Source: Mobula hypostoma | Lineage: Eukaryota | Direction: 5' to 3' | NCBI RefSeq assembly: GCF_963921235.1 | Contig: NC_086097.1 | Coordinates: 63,428,001 to 63,492,000, forward strand | Length of the DNA: 64,000 nucleotides | Shown here: positions 53,509 through 64,000 of the stretch, piece after piece | Numbering within the stretch: position 1 is the first letter of the stretch | How the letters are laid out: every line of letters begins with the position of its first letter | The notes under the pieces: model-generated | The model's database searches: none | Seen by the model: only the letters and a program-made list of their open reading frames with translations | What the model was told of the DNA's origin: nothing | Program-made: the position numbers and the translations under genes

Positions 53509-56500
53509 TGGTGTCAGGCCTCACCAACATGGGTGTATGACACAAGGTGGGACAAGACCGGAAGACTTCTAGTAAATGGTAGGGTCAAAGGCCGCCCTGT
53601 TACCTTCGTATGGGACACTGGAGAATCCTGAACCACCGTCAACACCACTAACGTAACTAATGTAAACTAGGAAGTACAAAGTAAAATTATCTTAAGTGGA
53701 TTTACAGGACATTCACAAGTGGGACATGTGTGTGAACCCTTAGAAGTTAGAATAGGAGACATGGAATGTTAGAACATTCCATAGTGTTAGTTGAATTACC
53801 TCGGGAGCAGGAACATATACTGGGGAGTGATTACATGGCCAAAGCAGGGCTTTGTTTTGATCCAGTTAACTGTATGATTTGGCGAATGCCATCTGGTATG
53901 TATGACATATGCCACAGTCAGATTCCAGTAGGTGAATATCAGGATAGAATATGCACCATGGGTGAAATGTGGATAAAACCAGAGGAGATGAGCAATGATC
54001 ACATGGTGCAGCAAATCATTGCACAGAACTTGGGGGCATTTGCACAGTACAAGCATAACTGCAGGAGGATGGCTGGCAGTGTGTGCATACAAGGTCCAGA
54101 CCCCAAACCACAGAAGCAATATGGGTTTCCAAAAAAACCTGAGGAAGATGTCGGTAAGATAGTACAGAGTGGCACAACAAGGGGTACTGAGGCCAGTAGC
54201 CTCAACTAATAACTCACCCATATGGCCAGTGAGGAAACCAGTTGGTAGTTGGAGACTGACAATAGACTATCGAGAGCTGAATAAAGTAACCCCTTGAACA
54301 GCCCCAACTGTAGCAACTAACCCAGAGACAGTAGTCAAACAGAATGAAAGAGCGCGATGGTTTACAGTTTTAGACATAAATAATGGATTTGGTCTATCTC
54401 ACTAGAAAGAGAGTGTGAATACAAGTTTGCATTTACTTTTTAGGGACAGCAATATACATGGACTGCCGTACCACAGGGGTTTCATAATTCCCCATCTATA
54501 TTTCACCAGCATTTAGGGGAAGGGTTAAAACAGTTCTCAAAGCCTGAATGCTTGGTCTAATACGTAGATGATCTACTCCCACAGACTGAAACCAAGCAAG
54601 AACATTATCAGCTATTGACAGAACTGCTGCAATTATTACGTGCATTGGGACTGAAAAAGCACAGGTGATGAAACAAGAAATTAGTTATTTGGGAATGACC
54701 TTGACACCGGGAACAAGAGAAATTGGTAAATGAAGAGTAGAATCAGGTATGAAACTGCCTATTCCCCAAGATGTGAAAGGGCTGAGGCTAATAGGCCACC
54801 GTAGGGATCACATTGATGAATTTTCCACCAAGACAGCTCCTTTAATGGAGCTACTGAAAAATAATGTGGCGTGGGGATAGAAATCAGAACACACCCAGAC
54901 CATCACAGACCTGGAGCAAGCACTGGTCAGGGCGCCTGCTTTAAAAACTCCAAATCCGAATGAGCCATTCTCATTGAGGTGGCTACAACTGACACCACCC
55001 TCTCAGCAGTGCTATTACAGGAGACGCATGGGAAGTTAAGAGCAGTAGCGTATGCATCGTGAATGCTCTCACCAGTAGAACAGGGGTATACTGTATGTGA
55101 AAAACACTTGTTAGCGATTTTCTGGGTGGTACAACATTTCACTTACATAGTGGGATTTAATCCATTTACAATACTGACGGAACACACCCCCATACAATTG
55201 CTGTTAGATGGAAGGATTAAAGGTGGTTCAGTAAGCCAGAACAGAATTGCCAAATGGACATTGCTGTTGCAAGGGAGAAATATAACTGTAAAACGAGTAA
55301 GTACCACCACTATGTCAGCTGACAACCTGGTGTACCAAGGTAGTGAACATGAGTGTCACGTCATGATAGCAAGTGATCCCAAGGGACCATTTGTATCAAA
55401 ATAAAAAGGAGGGGATAGAGGCAAATCAGACAAAGTAATGCCTGAGAACACAAAGGAGAAGGGAAAACCCTATTTTAAAATTTTTGTAGGTGGATCCTCA
55501 TCAGTACAGGAAGGTGGAAGAAGAACTGGGTGTAGCGTGTATATAGAGGATGAAAATGGCCAGGAAAGGTACAATATAGCTTTAAAGCTAACCAAAACCA
55601 TGAGAGCACAGAAAGCAGAATTGGCAGCTGTAGCATATGTGGTTAGCCACCCAGACTGTTTTCCACCTGGATCAGTCATACACTCTGATAGTATGTATGT
55701 TTGTAACAGCCTTACAGAACATTTGCCTCTGTGGGAAGCAAGAGGGTTTGTTTCAGTTGACAGAAAGCCCCTCCCATCTACTGCTCTGTTGCAATATAAA
55801 TTTGAAGAAGCAAAGGGGAAAGAATACAGAGTTGTAAAGGTGAAAGCCCACTCTAATTCGTCCCCTAAGGGGAATAGGAAGGCTGATGAGTTAGCAAAGC
55901 AAGGTGCTTTAAATAGGCAGGAATGGCAGCCACAGATTGGGGAGATGGGAAGGCAGAAGGAACAACAGGTTAAGGTTATGAATTTAACCAAGGAGCAGAA
56001 GAAAGATAAAGAATTTAAAAAAATAATAGAAGGAGTAGGGTCAGAAATGTATGAAGAGCACAAGGGTGTACATGTTAAGGATGGAGTAGTCCTATATGAA
56101 GGAAAGTTTGTGGTCCCAGAGGGAGGAAGAAATCAGATGATCCACTGGTACCATGATTTATGGGGACACCAGGGATCTGAAAGCACCCTGGAAAAGATAA
56201 AGGAGGCGTGTTGGTGGCCTAGGATGAAGGACGATGTGGAACACTATGTCAAGAATTGTTTGATTTGTGCACAATATAATCCTGATGGAAATGTAAAGGA
56301 ATGAGACCTCTGACATACCAGACCGGTGGAAGGGCCATGGACTAACTTGTAGATAGATTATGTTGGACCCTTGCTACCCACCACAGGAGGGTACAAATAT
56401 ATTCTTGTAGTAGTAGATACTTTCACCAAATGGGTGGAAGCTTTCCCAACTAAGACTAACACAGCCAAAGCCACCACAAAAATCTTACTAGAAAGGGTTT

Positions 56501-57416
56501 TTACTCGCTGGGATTACCTCAGAGTATAGAGTCGGATAGTGGCACACATTTTACAGCCCAGATAATGCAAGATGTCATGGCACTTTTAGGGATTAAGCAG
56601 AGATTTCATGTACCCTATAGACCACAGTCTAGTGGAATTGTGGAAAAGATGAACCAGACTTTAAAAAATATGATGGCCAAAATGGTGCAACAACATCGAA
56701 CAACATGGCAAGTATTTTTGCCTTATGTGTTGATGATAATAAGGAATACAGTGGCACCTTCGACAGGTTACACCCCTTATAAACTCATGACCCGAAGAAG
56801 CATGAGAGGGTTAAAGGAGTTGTTAGGATTAGATTCGTCAGAACCTGAAATAGATGGGATTGTGTCAGAAAAGTGGGTACAACAGTTGGTAGAGACAGTG
56901 AAGGAGGCCAGTTATGTGGCAGCCCATCAAATAGGAAAGAAGAAGCAACAGAGTAAAGCCTACTTTGACTCAAAAGTCAGTCCCATAGAATTAAACCCAG
57001 GACAAAGAGTAATGATTAGAATACACCAACCCACTTCATTTTTAAATCCAAGGTTTGCAGGGCCCTATGAACTCATAGACAAAGCAAATCCATCAGTATA
57101 CAGGGTACTAACTTCTCCAGATAAAAGTGGATGGTACCACATCAACGAGTTGAAATTGGTGGGGGAGAAACAGAAAAATTCTCATCATCCACATGTAACA
57201 ATTGATGTACATGATGGTCCAAATTTTGGAGACTTGACAATCGATGTACATGATAGTTCTGATTTGGAGGATCTGAGTTTGGAACAGTTATTCCAGGAAG
57301 ATGGCAACAGATCTGACCAAGGAGGAGTTTTTCCATTTTCTTGGTCTGAAAAACAGAGGAGGTTTGTAAAGAAAATAAGGAGAATAAATACACTGGTTCC
57401 TGCCTCCACATTCTGA
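53509..57416 (+). pseudogene. pol: provirus pol: protease, RT, degenerate RNase H tether, second RNase H, integrase; many stops and frameshifts
   Basis: FVWDTG (DTG 53614-53622); NSPIWPVRKP.GSWRLTIDYRELNKVT; PQGFHNSP; YVDD 54561-54572; AQKAELAAV/SDSMYV/VKAHS...GNRKADELAK; HHCC; IDYVGPL, SDSGTHF, QSSGIVEKMN; GPY. Confidence 0.93.
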
Positions 57417-57550
57417 AACGAAATTGGGTGAGAAAAGACAGACGACTTGAGTCCAAAGACAAATGAGAACCCAGATTGCATGGGTTGGAAAACCAGATAG
57501 AAAATATGGACTTAAAGTAATTTAAGATTGGAACTGGAAATAAGAGCAGA

Positions 57551-57573
57551 TATTACCCTTTGTGTGTTTACAG
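57551..57573 (+). promoter_or_regulatory. candidate env splice acceptor
   Basis: TATTACCCTTTGTGTGTTTACAG ending 12 nt before the env ATG at 57586. Confidence 0.6.
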
Positions 57574-58864
57574 ATTTAATTCAACATGAAGAAAATAATG
57601 TATTTTATGGTGATGGAATTGAACATGACTGGGACCTTATTTAGTTGTGCTTCAGAAACATTACTGTAGATGAACTTGTCAACAACAACTTCATTATATG
57701 AAGACTATTCGGTGATCAAAAGCAATTTTTCTCAACGGACACGGGTAATACGGGCACATGTGAAAGAAATGGAAGACTTGAATTTGTATTATGCTGGGGT
57801 AGATGGTTTGATGTGCATAGATAAAACATTAAATATTCCAGAGGGTACAAAGGTACAATTCCTATGTAATAAAATTTTAGAAGTGACATTGTTTTGTAAC
57901 CCAGAAGGGATAATTATTAGTCAGTTTTTAGGCCCAATTATTGAGCAACCTTCAGGTGATGATGGCCACAGTAAGATTACAGTTCTGTGGGATCACTCTC
58001 ATGTGAATATCGAGAGGAGTAGTGATCTACACAAGAGATATATCGATTGGGGTGGCCACATCAAGCGTTTCTCAAAGATTGGTTTTATTGTTATAAACTG
58101 TCCACAGGAGGATGTAGTACACAGGGAGAGTAGAATGGAAAGGACACTAAGGGACACGGGTAAGAGTTTCTGTCAAGGCCCAAGTCCTTTCAGGGTTTTC
58201 AAAACTAATAGGAAATTGACCACTCCACAACGCCAATTAACTGAACCTACACCAGAGCCTAAATGTAGTGAGACTCAACATAATACAAATGGGGTAGGAT
58301 TAGTGTTAGAAGATACAGCAGAACTTGTCACTTTGGTACCATCTACAACAAAACAATTATTTACTCACCTTTAGGAGACAACTAAGCCGGAGTGAATTTA
58401 GGTCGGTCAAAAATAGAAAGAAGAGAGGACTATTGGAATTAGTGGGAGCAGGTGACGCATCAGGGATAGCAACGGTCAATACCTTAGATATAGCAGAATT
58501 GGAAAATCAGATACAGTCTCTTCAGCTAAAAATGCGGGATATTACTGGGGAAAATTATCAGGATCAGATGCAAACTAGTGAAATCGGTCGGATTACATCA
58601 CAGGTAACGCTGGATTCACTTAAATTTCTGAAACCACTTCAGGATACAACGAATTTGATAATTGACCGCATAGACCTCCTATCTAAAGGAACACATAAAG
58701 CGGAGATCTGTGCTATATATACTAGTTGGTTGCTCGCTATGGTTGGTACGAATTTATTACAGCTTGATGCACGTCAAGTACCAAATTGGATATCAGATGA
58801 GCAATTGATAGAATGGGTTGTAGAAGAGGTTCCCTTATGTCATATTAGAAGTCTTACACTAACC

Positions 58865-60044
58865 CAGGGGTCCCCAACCTTTTTTGCATTGTGGACCAGT
58901 TTAATATTGACAATATTCTTGCGGACCGGCCGACCCGGTGGGGGGGTGGGGTAGAACAGACAAGAGTAGCAGTCAAATACGTTGTGTTTACCCCGAGAAA
59001 GACTACAATGACCATGACGCCTTGCGCAGGCACCAGTGCGCATGTGTGTACCTCCCGATTTTTTTCTACAAATCGTTTTTGGCGATTCTGTACGGGGGGG
59101 AGTTGTTAATCACGACCGAAATATAGGTGATAAGTGGCTAATACACTCAATTTCGTTTCTAAAAAGGTTTATCTAACGAATTTAATATTAAACACACAGC
59201 GCATATTTTCCTCGTATGAATATAATAAGAAGTCAATTATCAGGGGATCTTGAAGTAAGTGTTGAACGAACTTTCAGTAGAAGTGGTAGAGGCAGGTTCG
59301 ATATTACGATTTAAAGAAAAATTGGATAGATATATGGACTGGAAAGGAATGGAGGGTTATGGGCTGAGTGCAGGTCGGTGGGACTAGGTGAGAGTGGCGT
59401 TCGGCATGGACTTGAAGGGCAGAGGTGGCCGTTTCCATGCTGTAATTGTTATATGGTTATATAAGTCCATAGCATAACATTTTAAGTAACGTTTCAATAT
59501 TAAACACACAGCACATATTTTCCCTGTATGAACATATAAAATCATTGCAACACACCAGTATCGCTGAATTAGTTGGGAGCCCTGGGATTTTTTCCCTGCA
59601 ACAAGACGGTCCCATCGAAGGGTGACGGGAGACAGCGATACGCGAAGGGGGTTCCTTATGTCCAGTCTATTCCGCAGTTTAGTTTTCGTTGCATTCATTG
59701 CAGAGATATGTTGGAAATGGAAGCAACGTTTTCAGTGCTTTCGTGGCTATCTCAGGATATTTAGCCTTGACTTTGATCCAGAATACCGGCAGAGATGTTA
59801 TGTCAAACATACTTTTCAGCCCGCCGTCATTTGCAAGCCGGAGGAGTTGATCTCCTTCCCGTGCTGACATGGATGACGCGCGGGTAATGACCTCGCATGC
59901 GTTCAGGCTCAACAATGGGCGTGACAAGGAATGAGGAAAGGTGCAGCTGACTCCTATCGCCAAATCATATCGTTTCCTTGCAGCCCGGTAGCGCATGCTC
60001 TGCAGCCCGGTACCGGTCCGCGGCCCGGTGGTTGGGGACCGCTG
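58865..60044 (-). mobile_element. non-autonomous hAT (Charlie/Buster-like) transposon inserted in env
   Basis: TIRs CAG(G/C)GGTCCCCAACC; perfect 8-bp TSD CACTAACC (58857-58864, 60045-60052); transposase C-terminus FWIKVKAKYPEIATKALKTLLPFPTYLC...TKLRNRLD. Confidence 0.93.
59275..59462 (+). mobile_element. CR1 3' end inside the hAT element
   Basis: VVEAGSILRFKEKLDRYMDWKGMEGYG followed by a CR1-type 3' UTR. Confidence 0.75.
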
Positions 60045-60859
60045 CACTAACCAATAGAGTACTGCGTACTTGTGATGATGGTAAAAGGAGGTTTTATGTG
60101 GGTGCAGTACTCCACATTCCCCATGATGGAAATAATTTAACTTACTCCTTGAAAAGGGTTCACAATGTAGTTAAGTATCATGAGAATACTTGGATATCCT
60201 TAAGCAGCCCACCAAAACTTGCTATTGCTATGAATGGTATTGGAAAAGGGATAGATTTATCGAAATGGCATCGAGGGGGAAACCACTGGGCTTATCTAGA
60301 AGAGATGACGTGACAAAAACTTGTAGATTGTGGTTTCAATACTTATGAGAATTGTTCATTGTCTATTTTACCTGTGAATAATGATTTTTTTCTGCAGTAT
60401 GCACTGGTGGGATGAACATATTAATGGAGGAGGCAAAGGAGAGAATTCATCAGTGGACTGAACGTACAAAATTTATTAAGGCACATGCTGAGAAGGCAAA
60501 TGAAATATTGAGTGACTCAGACGTTTGGGATAAATTTTGGAATTGGGGATCAAATGTTCAGATACATCTATGGGTGAGGATAATCTCACATGCTGCTGTA
60601 ATATTAATTTTTTGTACACTGATGATTGTATTATTTAATCTGTATCAACTTAGAAGATGGAAGGCTGAAGTTATGCAAAAGGTCAAGGGTGATGATTTTG
60701 CAATACTGAAAAACCAATGGCCAGTATAAAAATTGTATGAATTTAGTAAGTAAATGTTATAATGTAAGCGCAGCACACCCGCTGGGGATCCGTGGCAATC
60801 CAATGGATGGTCAACAGAATAGAGGAGGATAGTAATCCTAAAATAAATATCTTTGGATC

Positions 60860-60872
60860 AAGAGGAGGGAGG
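60860..60872 (+). promoter_or_regulatory. polypurine tract
   Basis: AAGAGGAGGGAGG directly abutting the 3' LTR. Confidence 0.9.
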
Positions 60873-61693
60873 TGTTGGCCAGAAAGAATGACAATCTACA
60901 AATCAGTGAATTCAAATGAATCAAGGACAGTGGAAGCTGTCTTTGTTCGTGTCACATGGATGGAGGCTGCCATTTTGTGAAGTCACTTTATTCTCCATTT
61001 TGTGAGCTTGGCATGCTGGGCTTGATCAATGTTTTAAAGAAAACACAATGATTCTTCAGGTAATCTGCTGGACTGGAGATCATTTCCAAATAAGAAGTGT
61101 TTTTGTGAGATGTTCTTTGGTTGGTTATAACATGCAGATTTGTGAATGTTAGGGCTGATGCCTGCCTGAAGTGATTCAAACTCATTGCTGATTGAGAACC
61201 AAGAGCCATAAATTATCGACTGTCACTTGATCAGAAGAGGGCAATAAATTGATGCTGGCTTGGAGCAGAGCCAATAACAAGGTGTTAAAGGACTGTCACA
61301 TGGCCTGTAGCTAATGACACTGGAATGCGATATTTGAATTGATAAGGAATGGATATAAAAGTGGATGCTTTGTGTGTGCTGGTAGCGGTAACTTCAAAGA
61401 ATAACCATCGCAGATACAAACGTAAGCAACCCTGTGTGGAACACATGGCGAGTGAATCGGGACAATGAGGAACGCTTGGCCAGCGTAAACTCCTTTGCCC
61501 GGGTAATACTTTTGCTATTCTTTGACTCTTCAGGAGAGTCAGGGATACTTAGTGGGTATGCACACAAGGTATTTAGTGTATGAATTCACGTACTTGTTAG
61601 TTTAAACAATAAAGGGACTTGTCAGTAAGTACCGATCTCTCCGTGCCTCACTAAGCATCGTTATAAGTAGAAGTAGTATTTTCTTTTACAACA
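60873..61693 (+). repeat. provirus 3' LTR (821 bp)
   Basis: Direct repeat of 50446-51219, with an extra ~50-bp block at ~61221-61270. Confidence 0.95.
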
Positions 61694-64000
61694 CAGTGAA
61701 CTTTTCCACTCCTACTTTTAGTAAGGAAAGAAAGTCATTGATGAAGCAGCTGAAGGTGCTTGGTCCTAGCACACTGCCCCTAAGGAGCCTCTGCACAGTC
61801 CTGCAGGGTGTCCTGGGGCCAAATTGATTGACTTCCAACAATCACAATCATCTTCCTTCTGTTTGTGGAATGATGCCAACTCGATGGATGACAGTCACCC
61901 AAGGTGATCAAGCCTTTGAAATGCACTCATCTCAATTTACTGAAGTCCCTTCATGTCATACTCAGTCAAAATTTGCCTTGAATCAAGGTAGTTACTTCGA
62001 ACTCAGCTCTGGAATTTAACCAGGCGTCTGATGCTCTAGGGAAACCAAAAGTGGATGTAAATCAAATTTCAAGTTTAAGTTCATTGTCACAGGCATACAA
62101 ACCCAGGATATAAATTCCACGGAAGTTCCCTTTTAGCAGCAGCAGTACTGGTTGTTGGTGAGAAAGTGCCTCTAGACAGCACAATCGATGATTGCTTCCG
62201 TCACTTAAGGACTGACTGATTGGGTAGTAAGCAGCTAAATTAAGTTTTGTCCTGCTTTCTGAGAGCAAGATTTACCTGAGAATGTAGATGGGTGGATGTT
62301 TTAAATGCACTGGATCAGCTTGATCAGAGCGGCAGATTATTCTGGAACGCAGCTGTTCAGTACAACAGCTGGGATGTTGTCTGGTCCCATAGCCTTTATT
62401 GTACCAGTGCTCTCGGCTTTTCCTTGATATCAAGAGTGGTGATTTGAATTTCCTAGAGCATACCTTCTGAAATGGTGGGGAGGAAGCCAAGATCTTAATA
62501 ATTATAAAAATTATTAACCATTTAATTGTCCATGACATTAATGACCAGATGTGATAGAACTTTAGAGCTTTGACCTGATCTGTAGATTGTGCCTTTGTTT
62601 AGCTCTGTGCTGTTTTTGGTGTTTAGCATACATGTAGTTCAGACTTGAAGCTTCATTAGGCTGACACCTCAGCATATTTGCACGTGTGCTCCCAGCATAC
62701 CCTTCTGCAGTCTTCATTGCTTGATCCCCTTACTTGATAGTAATGGAGAGTGAGAGATATTCTGCACCACAAGGTTACAGACGCTGTTAGTATACATTTC
62801 TGCTGCTGTTAGTGCCCATAGTGTCTGATCAACAATGAATTTTGAGCTACCAGATCTGTTCCAAGTCCACCTCATTTAGCACAATTATAGTGTCACACAA
62901 CATAATGGAGGGTGTTCTTTGGGACTGTCTCCACAAGGACGTCTTCATCAATGAATGAATCAGCCACTTGTTAATTTATGGGCAAAGGTCACATAGGGCC
63001 TATCTATAGTGTTGCTTTATTCACCACATGCCACAGACACTGTCTGCAAGCAACTGTATGTCCTTCAGGACTCGGCCTGCTTGGCCTTTGGCAGTGCTAC
63101 CGAGTGCTTCTTAGCAACCAGACAATGAAGTCCCCACCCAAGGTATGTAATGCTCTGCCAACTTTCATGGCTTCTTCCAAGTGTTGTTTAATGTGGAGGA
63201 GCACTAGTCAGGAGGAGATAGCCTTGCTGCAGGTCTGTCCAGCTGATGGGATATAGACATGCCTAGGGATCGGAATGGAGGTGTCTTGCATAGTATCTGT
63301 AAAGTACAATTCTGTAAGATGTCAGAAGGCTAGGTACAGTACAATGACAGCCAGCCCCCGGGGTTACATATTATCCCTTTCCTGAGAATTGACCATGAGC
63401 CGATTCCTCAGGAAGTGAGAAATGCCCATTTCTAGTTTTACCCATATGATATGAAATACTATGAATCTCCAGAATACTTGCATCCAGAAATATAATGGAG
63501 CAGCCTGATGTTCTTCTGCAGTCTACAGAGATTGGATTACATTGACATGTCCAATTTTGATGTGTAAGTCAATGCTAAGAGGTCAACTGATGTTACCCTT
63601 TCTCTGTTAGAATGTCACAGTAATGCTCCAACCAAGCAGGGTGCTAAGCAATTTGATCCTTGATCCTTTAGAAGCCAAATAAGAGTCAATGGCATAGTCA
63701 ATTGTACTGGAATGGAAGCCATAATCAAATTTCTAATTCAAAATGTTTATTAGGCCCATAAATCAAAATGGTCACTGTTTCCAAGTTGGAATTGAAATTT
63801 TCCAAGTCTACTTGTGCTCTTTCTTATCCTGTCAGAGAATAGCTCCACTTTGGATGAAGTAACTATTATTGTTGAATAGCTGACAGCGTGCACGCTGTGG
63901 GAAGTGAGTATGAGGTGTAAGGCAGTACTAAAGTGTGTGAGGGGACGGTAGATTATCTGAGTGTTGAATATATCCTATGTAACAGACATAGTTAGCAGGT

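Larger units (their letters stand above)
57586..60729 (+). pseudogene. env: provirus env (class I fusion glycoprotein), disrupted
   Basis: Signal-like N-terminus from ATG 57586; furin site RKKR at 58415-58426; fusion peptide GLLELVGAGDASGIATV; heptad repeat; Trp-rich WDKFWNW; TM helix IISHAAVILIFCTLMIVLFNLY. Confidence 0.85.
50446..61693 (+). mobile_element. complete defective endogenous retrovirus-like provirus with env, probably lokiretrovirus-like
   Basis: Paired TG...CA LTRs; TSD CAGT (50442-50445, 61694-61697); PBS; PPT; gag-pro-RT-RH-RH-IN-env. Confidence 0.93.
50210..62000 (-). mobile_element. old CR1-type LINE split by the provirus at its RT catalytic motif
   Basis: Minus strand right of 61697 reads GAP*GSVLGPSTFSCFIND..., and the decayed FADD motif straddles the insertion site; further remnants run to about 63350. 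Confidence 0.6.

Noticed and set aside
50446..61693. Foamy virus assignment
   Set aside because: RT motifs and the 4-bp TSD are compatible, but Gag has a CCHC knuckle, pol is in frame behind the gag stop, and there is no room for tas/bet. Phylogeny is still needed.

Overview
Eukaryotic, gene-free, transposon-dense 64-kb vertebrate window. The repeat set (CR1 with (TTTCTATG)n tails, Rex1/Babar, Penelope-like elements, tRNA-derived SINEs) suggests a cartilaginous fish; this host call is inference. I found no convincing host exon. The main feature is an 11.2-kb complete but mutationally dead provirus at 50446-61693 (LTR-gag-pro-pol-env-LTR). It has a 4-bp CAGT TSD, a tRNA-Asn PBS, a PPT and a CCHC Gag. 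Pol follows the Gag stop in frame and carries two RNase H domains. Env has a furin site, fusion peptide, long post-cleavage subunit and TM anchor. This architecture best fits the lokiretrovirus sister lineage of retroviruses rather than a foamy virus or an ordinary Gypsy. It sits inside an old CR1 and hosts a Penelope hairpin in gag and a hAT/Charlie element in env. Also present: a Gypsy LTR element (9763-13846) whose PBS position is complementary to its own LTR (possible tRNA-independent self-priming), Penelope elements with minimal hammerhead-ribozyme motifs, two near-identical young CR1 copies, Harbinger, hAT and Tc1 derivatives, a solo LTR and a 48-bp minisatellite. All family assignments are from motif recognition only; no database search was run.
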